Below are positions 31,635 through 39,906 of a stretch of 64,000 bases of DNA, piece by piece. The stretch spans positions 3,407-67,406 of the forward strand of contig JBDRJF010000005.1 of NCBI GenBank assembly GCA_043815185.1, read 5' to 3'. The position numbers were made by a program, and so were the translations under genes. This stretch comes from Candidatus Omnitrophota bacterium (GTDB lineage: Bacteria; Omnitrophota; Gorgyraeia; Duberdicusellales; 4484-171). The notes under the pieces were generated by a model. The model worked only from the letters and a program-made list of their open reading frames with translations. It had not been told where the DNA came from and made no database searches. Positions within the stretch are counted from its first letter, which is position 1. Every line of letters begins with the position of its first letter.

Positions 31635-33002
31635 TCAACCAGCATATTTTACGTTATTGTCTTGAGATTGCAAGACCCGCTTAGCTTCAGCTACTAAAAA
31701 CAAAGAACCGCTAATGACAATTGCCCAACCTCTTCTGTAGCTTTCCCTTGCCTGCTTAAGAGCTTCACTTACCGTAGCAGTTAAATAAACTCCTTCCCCC
31801 TTAACTATTCTTTTTAATTCTAAAGGGCTTTGAGCCCGGGGGTTGTTAAAACTAGTTAGCAAGAGATAAGAATAATCTATGCTTTTTAACATCTTTTTAG
31901 CATCTTTATCTTTAGAGCAAGCGAATATTAGAATAATCTTCTTACCCGGAAAGTATCGCTTCAAATTATTATCTAAGGCTGAAAATGAAGAAGGATTATG
32001 GGCGATATCGACAATAGTTAAGGGTGCCTTATTGACCACTTCAAACCTTCCCGGAAGGAAACAGCGACTAAGACCGTCTCGGTAATCTATCTCCTTAGCA
32101 ATTACTCCTTTTTCTTTTAATAAAGTGACAGCAGCCAAAGCTAAAGAAGCATTTTCTACCTGATGTGCTCCTTTAAGATAAATCGCTAGATCGTTTAAGC
32201 TAAGCTTACCGAATCTAAAGTCAAAGAAGGTAACCTTTCTCTTTAGCCTTAAGTTCTTGGTTTTAAAATCCCGGCCAAGAAGCATCAATAAAGCATTTTT
32301 AGCTCTACACTTATCCTTAATTACCTTTAAAGAAGCCGGCCTCTGGCAGGAACAAATTAAAGGCGTATTCTTTTTGATGATCCCGGCTTTCTCATTAGCA
32401 ATCTCAGCTAATCTTTTACCCAGTTTATCAGTGTGATCATAACCAATATGGGTAATTATTGAAACCAGGGGGGTAACTATATTGGTGGCATCCAGCCTTC
32501 CGCCTAAGCCGGTCTCTAAAATAATAAAATCTAATCTCTGCTGAAGAAAATAGCTGAAAGCAAGGGCCAGAGAAACCTCAAAAAAAGTTACCTGGCCTAA
32601 TCCCTTAGGAAGCTTTAAGCCAGCTAGTTTTTTTCTCAACTCTTTGGTGATTTCTGTAAAATTATCTTTAGGAATTAGGCTCTCCTTAATATCTCCACCA
32701 TTTAAGTTCTTTTTAACTACCTTGATCCTTTCCCTAAAATCAAAGAGATGCGGCGAGGTAAAAAGCCCTACTTTAAACCCGGAAGCAGCAAGCAAATAAG
32801 CGCAAAAATGAGCAGTGGAGCCTTTACCCTTGGTGCCGGCGATATGGATTACCTTTAAATCTTGATCAGGAATTTTCAGATGTTTAAGCAAAGCAGAGGT
32901 TCGCTCTAACTTCAAACACCGCTGGTAAAAGTAGAAAGGCTTCTTCTCGTAGTTTATAAAAGACCCGAGATAGTTTTTTTCTTGCCTATATTTATCAATC
33001 AT
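31635..33002 (-). CDS. folC: Folylpolyglutamate synthase / dihydrofolate synthase
   Basis: 455 aa Mur-ligase fold. HIAGTKGKGST P-loop, ETGLGGRLDATN, AHNP. Confidence 0.85.
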   Translation of the reverse strand: MIDKYRQEKNYLGSFINYEKKPFYFYQRCLKLERTSALLKHLKIPDQDLKVIHIAGTKGKGSTAHFCAYLLAASGFKVGLFTSPHLFDFRERIKVVKKNLNGGDIKESLIPKDNFTEITKELRKKLAGLKLPKGLGQVTFFEVSLALAFSYFLQQRLDFIILETGLGGRLDATNIVTPLVSIITHIGYDHTDKLGKRLAEIANEKAGIIKKNTPLICSCQRPASLKVIKDKCRAKNALLMLLGRDFKTKNLRLKRKVTFFDFRFGKLSLNDLAIYLKGAHQVENASLALAAVTLLKEKGVIAKEIDYRDGLSRCFLPGRFEVVNKAPLTIVDIAHNPSSFSALDNNLKRYFPGKKIILIFACSKDKDAKKMLKSIDYSYLLLTSFNNPRAQSPLELKRIVKGEGVYLTATVSEALKQARESYRRGWAIVISGSLFLVAEAKRVLQSQDNNVKYAG

Positions 33003-33022
33003 TTTTAAGTGGCTGGGTGGAT

Positions 33023-33131
33023 GAGTAAATGAGTATATGAGTTAATGCACAAACGGTTAAATGAATACATGCGCAAATACAATAATTGTTTTTCTCCCCA
33101 TATACCCATCAACTCTTGTACTCATTTACAC
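33023..33131. repeat. 25-nt inverted repeats spanning the purH-folC spacer
   Basis: gagtaaatgagtatatgagttaatg (33023-33047) vs catcaactcttgtactcatttacac (33107-33131): reverse complements with 4 mismatches, including a perfect 11-mer gtaaatgagta/tactcatttac. The right arm ends 1 nt before the purH stop. Confidence 0.65.
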
Positions 33132-33132
33132 T

Positions 33133-34647
33133 TTAGTGGCGGAAATGACGGATGTTTGCAAAAACCATGCTCATATCTAACTTATCGCAGGCTTTTATAA
33201 CATCTTGGTCCTTGATCGAACCTCCGGGTTGGATTATGGCCCTGATTCCCTTTTTGTAAGCAACCTTTATTGAATCCTCCTTAGGGAAGAAGCCGTCGGA
33301 AGCTAAAACTGCCATAGGCGGAAATGCTTTAGCTCTGCTTAAGGCTATCTTTACTGCTCCCACTCTTGAAGGTTGTCCTCCTCCGATACCTAAGACAGAA
33401 CGATTTTTAGCTATAACAATTGCATTGGACTTTACCCATTTAACTACCTTCCAGGCAAATATTAAGTCTTTCAGCTCACGACTAGTGGGTTTCCTCTGGG
33501 TCACTACTCTTAAGCTACTTTTATCCAGAGTTAAACTGTTTCTATCCTGGATCAGGTAGCCAAAAATTGTAGTTTTTATATCTTTAGAGCCGGCCTTTTT
33601 ACTAAAATCAGCCTCTAAGACACGTAATTTCTTCTTGGAAGAAAATATTTTTAAGGCTTCTTTGGAGAAAGACTGGGCGATAACGCACTCTTTAAACTCA
33701 CTGTTTAAGATTTGGTGGGCACTTTCTTTATCTACTTTTCGGTTTAAAGCAATAATTCCACCGAAACTAGAAAGTTTATCACAAAGGTAGGCTTTTTTGT
33801 AAGCTAAAGCTAATTTTTTGTCCACCCCTATTCCACAGATAGAGGCATGTTTAACAATAACTGCTGTCGGCTCATTAAACTCTTTTGCCTGCTGCACAGC
33901 AGTATCAAGATCAAGAAAATTATTATAAGATAACTCTTTTCCCTGCAGTTGTTTAAATCTGATATTATTAAAATCAACTACTTTATATAAAGCCCCTTGC
34001 TGATGAGGGTTCTCACCATAACGCAGAGAGTGTGTTTCTTCAAAATTCCAGCTTAATATGTCTTTGCCTTTAAAGTAATTGTAAATAGCATTATCATATT
34101 CTTTAGTAGTATAAAAAGCATCTTCAGCTAAAGTTCTTAAAGTCTCCTCGGATATGAATCCTTTATTCTTCTGAAGTTCGCCACTAATTAATTTGTATTG
34201 CCGGAAATTACTAAGACAAGCAACGTTTTTAAAATTCTTGGCTGCAGCTCTTAAGAGCGCGGATCCGCCGATATCTATATATTCAACCATCTCATCCCAG
34301 CTTAATTTCTGTTTTACCATTTCTACAAAAGGATAAAGGTTGACTATCACCATATCAATCGGCTGAATGCCTAAACCTCTTATCTCCTCCATATGCAAAG
34401 GGTGCTTCTTGTTAGACAGGATGCCTCCGAACACCTTAGGATGCAGGGTCTTTACTCTGCCGGAAAGAATCTCCGGGAAAGAGGTTAAGGCTGCTACATC
34501 CTTGACCGAGATTCCGGCTCTGCGCAGAAGAGTTGCAGTCTTGCCGGTAGAAATTATCTCAACATTAAATTCAGCTAATTTCTTAGTAAATTCAGCTATC
34601 CCCTTCTTATCCCAAACACTTATTAATGCTCTTCTAATCTTTAACAT
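33133..34647 (-). CDS. purH: Bifunctional AICAR transformylase / IMP cyclohydrolase
   Basis: MGS-like N-terminal domain (RALISVWDKKGI...STGKTA...GRVKTLHPKV) and AICARFT domain. Probable start is ATG 34647 (MLKIRR); the track start 34659 is TTG. Confidence 0.9.
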   Translation of the reverse strand: MLKIRRALISVWDKKGIAEFTKKLAEFNVEIISTGKTATLLRRAGISVKDVAALTSFPEILSGRVKTLHPKVFGGILSNKKHPLHMEEIRGLGIQPIDMVIVNLYPFVEMVKQKLSWDEMVEYIDIGGSALLRAAAKNFKNVACLSNFRQYKLISGELQKNKGFISEETLRTLAEDAFYTTKEYDNAIYNYFKGKDILSWNFEETHSLRYGENPHQQGALYKVVDFNNIRFKQLQGKELSYNNFLDLDTAVQQAKEFNEPTAVIVKHASICGIGVDKKLALAYKKAYLCDKLSSFGGIIALNRKVDKESAHQILNSEFKECVIAQSFSKEALKIFSSKKKLRVLEADFSKKAGSKDIKTTIFGYLIQDRNSLTLDKSSLRVVTQRKPTSRELKDLIFAWKVVKWVKSNAIVIAKNRSVLGIGGGQPSRVGAVKIALSRAKAFPPMAVLASDGFFPKEDSIKVAYKKGIRAIIQPGGSIKDQDVIKACDKLDMSMVFANIRHFRH

Positions 34648-34660
34648 TTTGCTTCGCAAA

Positions 34661-34730
34661 TGATTACGCAGATTAGAAAAAGATTACATAGATTAATTAA
34701 TCATTGTAATCTCTGTTTAATCTTTTAATC
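34661..34730. repeat. Long imperfect AT-rich palindrome built from GATTA(CA)/TAATC words (element B)
   Basis: tgattacgcagattagaaaaagattacatagattaa|ttaatcattgtaatctctgtttaatcttttaatca. Five GATTA words then four or five TAATC words. Shares 15-16-mers with element A (16881-16962). Directly upstream of purH. Confidence 0.7.
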
Positions 34731-34731
34731 A

Positions 34732-34770
34732 AGAGATTTCTGTCTTCTTAAGGTTTTTCCGGAAATCTCT
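34732..34770 (-). terminator. Stem-loop overlapping the stop codon of the YchF-like gene
   Basis: agagatttc (34732-34740) pairs with gaaatctct (34762-34770): 9-bp stem, 21-nt loop. On the minus-strand RNA it is followed by UUGAUUAAAAGAUUA, which is A/U-rich but not a clean U-tract. Confidence 0.3.
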
Positions 34771-35458
34771 AAACATTAAACCTTATTTCGATTATATCGC
34801 CGGCCTGGACGATGTAATCCCTACCGACTGTTTTCACAAACCCCCGCGACTTTGCCTCAGCCATATTAAAAAAATTATCTAAATCGCAGGCCTTAGTGAT
34901 GTCGGCTTTTATGAAACCCCTCTTTAAGTCACTGTGGATTTTCCCGGCGGCTTCAAGAATGTTTTCTCCTTTCTTTATGCCCCAGGCCCGGACTTCCTTT
35001 TTTCCGGCGGTAAAAAATAGAACTATGCCGGCCTTACCAATTACTTTCCCTATCACCCCATCAACTTGATCGGCCTTGTCCATCCCTAAACAAGGTTTAT
35101 AAGTAATTAGCTGCAGCAGCTTAAGGGTTTCAGCCTCTTGCGGTGAAAATTCAATATCAGAAAGCAAGGTCTCCCCTTCTAAAACCCCGGTAGCTTTAGC
35201 CAGAAGTTGCTTTTCTTTTTCATCTTCCGACCGGGTAATTCTTTTTTCTATTTTCTCTAAATCAATCAGTATAAGATCTAGTTTTTTACTAAGATCAAAA
35301 ACAATTGCATCGGAGCTTTCAGGTTCAGCAGTTATGAATTCAACCGGGTAAGGGGTTACTTTCTGAGGTGAAAACTTCTCAACTAACTTATCCCAATGCT
35401 CCGGTTGATATTTATGTTTTCCCGGTTCAATATCCAGACCAAAATTAAATATTTTCAT
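34769..35458 (-). CDS. YchF-like protein lacking a recognisable P-loop (C-terminal DUF933/TGS-like part conserved)
   Basis: 229 aa. The C-terminal block FFTAGKKEVRAWGIKKGENILEAAGKIHSDLKRGFIKADI...GRDYIVQAGDIIEIRFNV matches the YchF C-terminus. The N-terminus MKIFNFGLDIEPGKHKYQ has no GxxxxGKS/T. Confidence 0.6.
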   Translation of the reverse strand: MKIFNFGLDIEPGKHKYQPEHWDKLVEKFSPQKVTPYPVEFITAEPESSDAIVFDLSKKLDLILIDLEKIEKRITRSEDEKEKQLLAKATGVLEGETLLSDIEFSPQEAETLKLLQLITYKPCLGMDKADQVDGVIGKVIGKAGIVLFFTAGKKEVRAWGIKKGENILEAAGKIHSDLKRGFIKADITKACDLDNFFNMAEAKSRGFVKTVGRDYIVQAGDIIEIRFNV

Positions 35459-35479
35459 TATTTTAAGGGCAGAAAGTTG

Positions 35480-37492
35480 CTATTTACTTTGAATATGCTC
35501 CTGCTTCGCTTGTTTTGCCTTATCGGCAATCCCTTGAGCAATTCGGGCCGGAACGATGTTGTAATTAGAAAAACTCATGGTGTAACTACCCCTGCCTCCG
35601 GTGACCGAACGCAAATCTGATGTATATTTAAACATCTCGGCTAAAGGGATTTGAGCCTTAACAACTTCATTCTTGCCCTTAGCTTCCATTCCCATTACCC
35701 GGCCTCTTCTACTGTTTATATCTCCGGTAATCTGCCCCATAAATTCATCGGGAGCAACGATTTCTACATTCATAATTGGCTCCAACAACACACCCCCGGC
35801 CTGCTCAAAAGCTTTCTTTAAAGCACAAGATGCGGCAATCTGGAAAGCCATATCTGATGAGTCTACCGGGTGGTAGGAACCATCGAAAAGAGTTACCCGG
35901 ATATCAGCTATTGGATAACCGGCTACCACACCTTCCGCCATTGCTTTATTCAAACCCTTTTCTACCGAAGGGATAAAATTACGTGGGATTGTTCCACCAA
36001 CAATTTTATTAACAAATTCAAATTTCTTGCCTCTCTCTAAAGGTTCTAATTCAATAGAGACATCACCATATTGCCCCCGGCCTCCAGTCTGTTTCTTATG
36101 CTTATAAGAAACCTGAACTGTTTTAGTAAGAGTCTCGAGGTAAGGCACCTTAGGCGTACCTAACTCTATATTAGCATTATACTTTCGCTTCATTCTATCA
36201 ATAATCACATTGATATGTAATTCACCCATGCCGGATATAATAAGCTCTTTGGTCTGAGGATCAAGAGAAATACTGCAAGTAGGATCCTCACTGGTCAGGC
36301 GCTGAAGAGTTGAAGATATCTTGTCTTCATCCTGGCGAGTCTTAGGTTTAACTGAAGCTGAATAAGCCGGAGAAGGAAAACTTAGCTTAGGGAACTCAAA
36401 GGTCCGGGAAGATTCAGAAAGCGTATCTTGAGTTTGAGTATTTCTTAATTTTGCTACTGCTGCGATATCTCCGGCACAAACAGCTTCTTGAGCTATCTGC
36501 TGCTTCCCCTGGAGGTAATATAGTTGGCCAAATTTTTCCCGAGAAGCTTTATTAACATTGAAGAATTCACTATTAGAAATCAATTTCCCCGAGAAAACCC
36601 TAAAGATAGTAAGCTGGCCTACGAAGGGATCAATCACAGTTTTAAAAACCTGGGCTGAGAAAGGAGCATCAACTTTCGGCGCAATACTCACTTCTTGCTG
36701 CGATTTATCTTTGGCCTGCCGGGGTAAAGCATCACCGACCGAAGGCATAATCTCAACGATTAAATCAAGAAGACAATCAACGCCGGCTTGCTGAGTGGCT
36801 ATCCCGCCGATAACCGGGAAAACTTGCGAATTAGCAATTGCTTTCTTTAGAGCCGAATTAAATTCTCCCTCGGCCAATTCTCCGGTCTCAAGATACTTCT
36901 CAAGAAGCTGATCGTCGCTCTCAGCAGCCATCTCCACAATCTTGCTGTAAGTTGAAGAATTTTTATCCTTATCTTTTAAAATATTAATTACATTTCCACC
37001 TTCAACCATCGCTACACTTACAGCACACTTAGTTAAGCTGGCCCGGATATCATTTAAAGTTTTATTATAATCCGTACTCTCCTTATCGAGCTTGTTTATG
37101 AAAAAAAAGCAAGGAATATTCTTTTCCTTTAAGATTTCCCAAACTTTCTCGGTTCCTACTCCTACCCCTTCTACAGCATCAACCACAACAATAGCAAAGT
37201 CTACGGCAGAAGAACTGGTAATCATTTCACCAATAAAATCGAGATAACCCGGAATATCAATGAATTGTAAAGAATTTCCTTTATAATCAGCGCCTAAGAC
37301 CGCCAAATTAATAGAACTCTTTCTCCTCTTCTCATCATCTTCGTAGTCGCTGGTGGAAGTATCATTATCTACACTACCTAAACGAGTAGTTGCTCCAGAT
37401 TTAAAAAGCATTGCTTCGGTAAGGGAAGTTTTACCTGATTGGGCATGGCCGCAAATAAGAAAGGTTTTCTTCTTCATTACATCGCTTTGCAT
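35480..37492 (-). CDS. fusA: Elongation factor G-like translational GTPase (paralogue type)
   Basis: 670 aa. G1 GHAQSGKTS, DIPGYLDF, NKLD, and EF-G domains II-V (GELHINVIIDRMKRKY, GGRGQYGDV). Strong RBS AAAGGAGGG. Confidence 0.8.
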   Translation of the reverse strand: MQSDVMKKKTFLICGHAQSGKTSLTEAMLFKSGATTRLGSVDNDTSTSDYEDDEKRRKSSINLAVLGADYKGNSLQFIDIPGYLDFIGEMITSSSAVDFAIVVVDAVEGVGVGTEKVWEILKEKNIPCFFFINKLDKESTDYNKTLNDIRASLTKCAVSVAMVEGGNVINILKDKDKNSSTYSKIVEMAAESDDQLLEKYLETGELAEGEFNSALKKAIANSQVFPVIGGIATQQAGVDCLLDLIVEIMPSVGDALPRQAKDKSQQEVSIAPKVDAPFSAQVFKTVIDPFVGQLTIFRVFSGKLISNSEFFNVNKASREKFGQLYYLQGKQQIAQEAVCAGDIAAVAKLRNTQTQDTLSESSRTFEFPKLSFPSPAYSASVKPKTRQDEDKISSTLQRLTSEDPTCSISLDPQTKELIISGMGELHINVIIDRMKRKYNANIELGTPKVPYLETLTKTVQVSYKHKKQTGGRGQYGDVSIELEPLERGKKFEFVNKIVGGTIPRNFIPSVEKGLNKAMAEGVVAGYPIADIRVTLFDGSYHPVDSSDMAFQIAASCALKKAFEQAGGVLLEPIMNVEIVAPDEFMGQITGDINSRRGRVMGMEAKGKNEVVKAQIPLAEMFKYTSDLRSVTGGRGSYTMSFSNYNIVPARIAQGIADKAKQAKQEHIQSK

Positions 37493-37606
37493 AATAACCC
37501 TCCTTTATTTAAATTTTTATTATAATTGAAACAGAGCCTGCCGTCAAGGAAACAGCCGTTTTTTTTACAATCTTTAAACTATTGTAGTGCAACAACTTAT
37601 ATAAAT

Positions 37607-38647
37607 TTAGAGGATTAGCATCGCATCGCCGAAGCTGTAAAAGCGGAATTTTTCCCGCTTAGCGTAAGTATAGCTCTGCCTTATTAGAGAAGGTTTAGCA
37701 AAAGCCGAGGCCAGAATAAGGTTAGTGGAAGAAGGGGTATGAAAATTGGTAATAAGAGCGTCGACTACTTTAAATTTATAGCCAGGAGTAATATAGAGAT
37801 TAGTTGGGCCACAAAAAGCCTTAACTAAAGAACCTTTACCTAAAGAAGCCGCTGTCTCTAAAGACCTAACTGCGGTTGTCCCGACAGCAATTATTCTCTG
37901 TTGATTTTTCTTGGCTTTATTTATACTTTTAGCAACTAAAAAGCCAACCTCTACCCTTTCTGACTCGATCCGATGATTACGGATATCTTCACATTTTACT
38001 GGACGAAAAGTAGCTAAACTGCAGTGAAGAGTTATGTAAAGTATCTTTACACCTTTTTCTTCTATCTTCTTTATTAGCCGGGGGGTAAAGTGTAAGCCGG
38101 CCGTAGGTGCGGCTACTGCTCCTTTACGCTTGGCATAAACAGTTTGATAGTCATCAGGGTCTTGAATTTCTTTTTTTATATAGGGTGGAAGAGGCATTGC
38201 TCCTGTTCTGGTAAGAAAATCATCTACATCTAAAGGCCTGAAATCCAGAATCCTTGAACCACTGGGAGTTTTGCTAATAATTTCAGCTCTATAATCTCCT
38301 GGTTCAAAGTTAATAGTCTCACCTACTCTAGCCCGCTTTCCCGGTTTTACCAAAGCCTCCCAAACTCCCTTTTCCTTCTCGCCAAGCAACAATATCTCTA
38401 ACTTAGCTCCACTGCTTCTTCTGGCTAAAAGCTTGGCTCTAATTACCTTAGTATTATTTAGAATGAGAAGATCCCCTTTTTTAAGGTAATCAACTATATC
38501 CCTGAAAACCCTTATCTTTAGGGAAGAACTCTTGCGGTCTAAGACCAGAAGCCGGCAGCTATCCCTGGGTCTGGCCGGCTCTTGGGCTATTAAGTCCTGG
38601 GGGGCTTGAAAATTATAGTGTTTTCGGTTAAAGATATCATCGCGCAT
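37607..38647 (-). CDS. queA: S-adenosylmethionine:tRNA ribosyltransferase-isomerase
   Basis: 346 aa. PPYIK, VYAKRKGAVAAPTAGLHFT, AVGTTAVRSLE, SFGDAMLI motifs. Confidence 0.9.
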   Translation of the reverse strand: MRDDIFNRKHYNFQAPQDLIAQEPARPRDSCRLLVLDRKSSSLKIRVFRDIVDYLKKGDLLILNNTKVIRAKLLARRSSGAKLEILLLGEKEKGVWEALVKPGKRARVGETINFEPGDYRAEIISKTPSGSRILDFRPLDVDDFLTRTGAMPLPPYIKKEIQDPDDYQTVYAKRKGAVAAPTAGLHFTPRLIKKIEEKGVKILYITLHCSLATFRPVKCEDIRNHRIESERVEVGFLVAKSINKAKKNQQRIIAVGTTAVRSLETAASLGKGSLVKAFCGPTNLYITPGYKFKVVDALITNFHTPSSTNLILASAFAKPSLIRQSYTYAKREKFRFYSFGDAMLIL

Positions 38648-38721
38648 CGGGAGAATATTTTATCAGAAAAAGCAAAATTCACCATATTTTTATTGATCAT
38701 TATTCAGTTTAGATCCAAAGA

Positions 38722-38750
38722 TTGACTTTTGCTAATAAATGTGCTATGTA
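38722..38750 (+). promoter_or_regulatory. Sigma70-type promoter giving a leaderless transcript for the GGDEF gene
   Basis: TTGACT (38722-38727), 17 nt ending in TGTGC, TATGTA (38745-38750). The ATG at 38758 is 7 nt after the -10 box, with no Shine-Dalgarno. Confidence 0.45.
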
Positions 38751-38757
38751 ATAGCTT

Positions 38758-39906
38758 ATGAAGGAAGAGATTAAGAATCTTAAAGCGGAATTGGAAAAGG
38801 CCCGCTCCCAACTATATGTCTTCTATGAGCTTACCAAGGCTATGCGGAGGACGCTTAGGATTGATGAGATAACCTACATTATTTTAACCGGCTTAACTGC
38901 CCATGAAGGCTTAAGATTTAATCGAGCCGCTATATTTTTTACTGATCAGGAAACTAGAAAAATCAATGGCTTTATGGGTATCGGACCTATAGATAATCAA
39001 GAAGCAACTCGAATATGGCACAGCATCGAAAAGGAAAAAAAGAATCTCTATGACTTAATCGATAATTACCATCACATAAAGGAAGATAAGGTAAAGCCGC
39101 CTTTTATGAAACTGATTCAATCCCTTTCTTTTCCTCTTGATAAGAAAGGTGGATTACTTTTTAATGCACTCTACAAAAAGGATGTAATTCATATTAGAGG
39201 GGGGGAGAATAAGTTTAAGAACGATCCCCTAATCAAGAGTTTAAATCTAGAAGAATTCCTTATTGTTCCGCTATGGATAAAAGGTAAGCCTAACGGGGTA
39301 ATGGTGGTGGATAACTATATTACCAAAAACCCGATAAGTGACGATGAGATAAAAATATTTACTATGTTCATGGAGCAAGCTCAAGGGGCCTTGGAGAACT
39401 CTCAGAGTTTTGAAAGTACCTTAACCCAGGCTCACACCGATCCCCTAACCTCCCTCTGGAACTACGGTTATTTTCAATATCGGCTCGATGAGGAGATAGC
39501 TAAAACCAACTCCAGCCTTCTGCCTTTATCGGTAATGATGGTCGATATTGATAATTTTAAAAAATTCAATGATAGCTACGGACACATCCAGGGTGATGAA
39601 GCCTTAAGAAGAATAAGCCAAATCTTTAAGGAAAATTGCCGTAAAATTGATATCTTATGCCGTTACGGCGGGGAAGAATTCTCGTTGATTTTACCAGCTA
39701 ACAATAAAAAAGAAGCAGCATTGCTGGCTGAGCGAATAAGAAAATCTGTTGAGGGCAAGACAATCTTAAACAACAATTTCACCATAAGTATCGGCATCGC
39801 CTCTTATCCTAAAGATTCAACTAATAAAATAACCCTAATCCAGAAGGCTGATCAAGCTCTCTACGCGGCTAAAAGAGCAGGGAAAAATAGGGTAGTTCTG
39901 GCCTAG
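38758..39906 (+). CDS. GAF-domain diguanylate cyclase (GGDEF)
   Basis: 382 aa. N-terminal coiled coil plus a GAF-like region, and a C-terminal GGDEF domain with active-site GGEEF and DIDNFKKFNDSYGH. Confidence 0.85.
   Translation: MKEEIKNLKAELEKARSQLYVFYELTKAMRRTLRIDEITYIILTGLTAHEGLRFNRAAIFFTDQETRKINGFMGIGPIDNQEATRIWHSIEKEKKNLYDLIDNYHHIKEDKVKPPFMKLIQSLSFPLDKKGGLLFNALYKKDVIHIRGGENKFKNDPLIKSLNLEEFLIVPLWIKGKPNGVMVVDNYITKNPISDDEIKIFTMFMEQAQGALENSQSFESTLTQAHTDPLTSLWNYGYFQYRLDEEIAKTNSSLLPLSVMMVDIDNFKKFNDSYGHIQGDEALRRISQIFKENCRKIDILCRYGGEEFSLILPANNKKEAALLAERIRKSVEGKTILNNNFTISIGIASYPKDSTNKITLIQKADQALYAAKRAGKNRVVLA

Noticed and set aside
34648-34768. Looked for a ZTP (pfl) riboswitch upstream of purH, THF riboswitches near folE/folC (30156-30193, 33003-33132) and a preQ1 motif upstream of queA (38648-38757)
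   Set aside because: None of the conserved cores I know (for example the GGGUCGUGAC...CCGCCUGGGC type for ZTP) is present, and the folE spacer is too short. Other repeats occupy these spacers instead.
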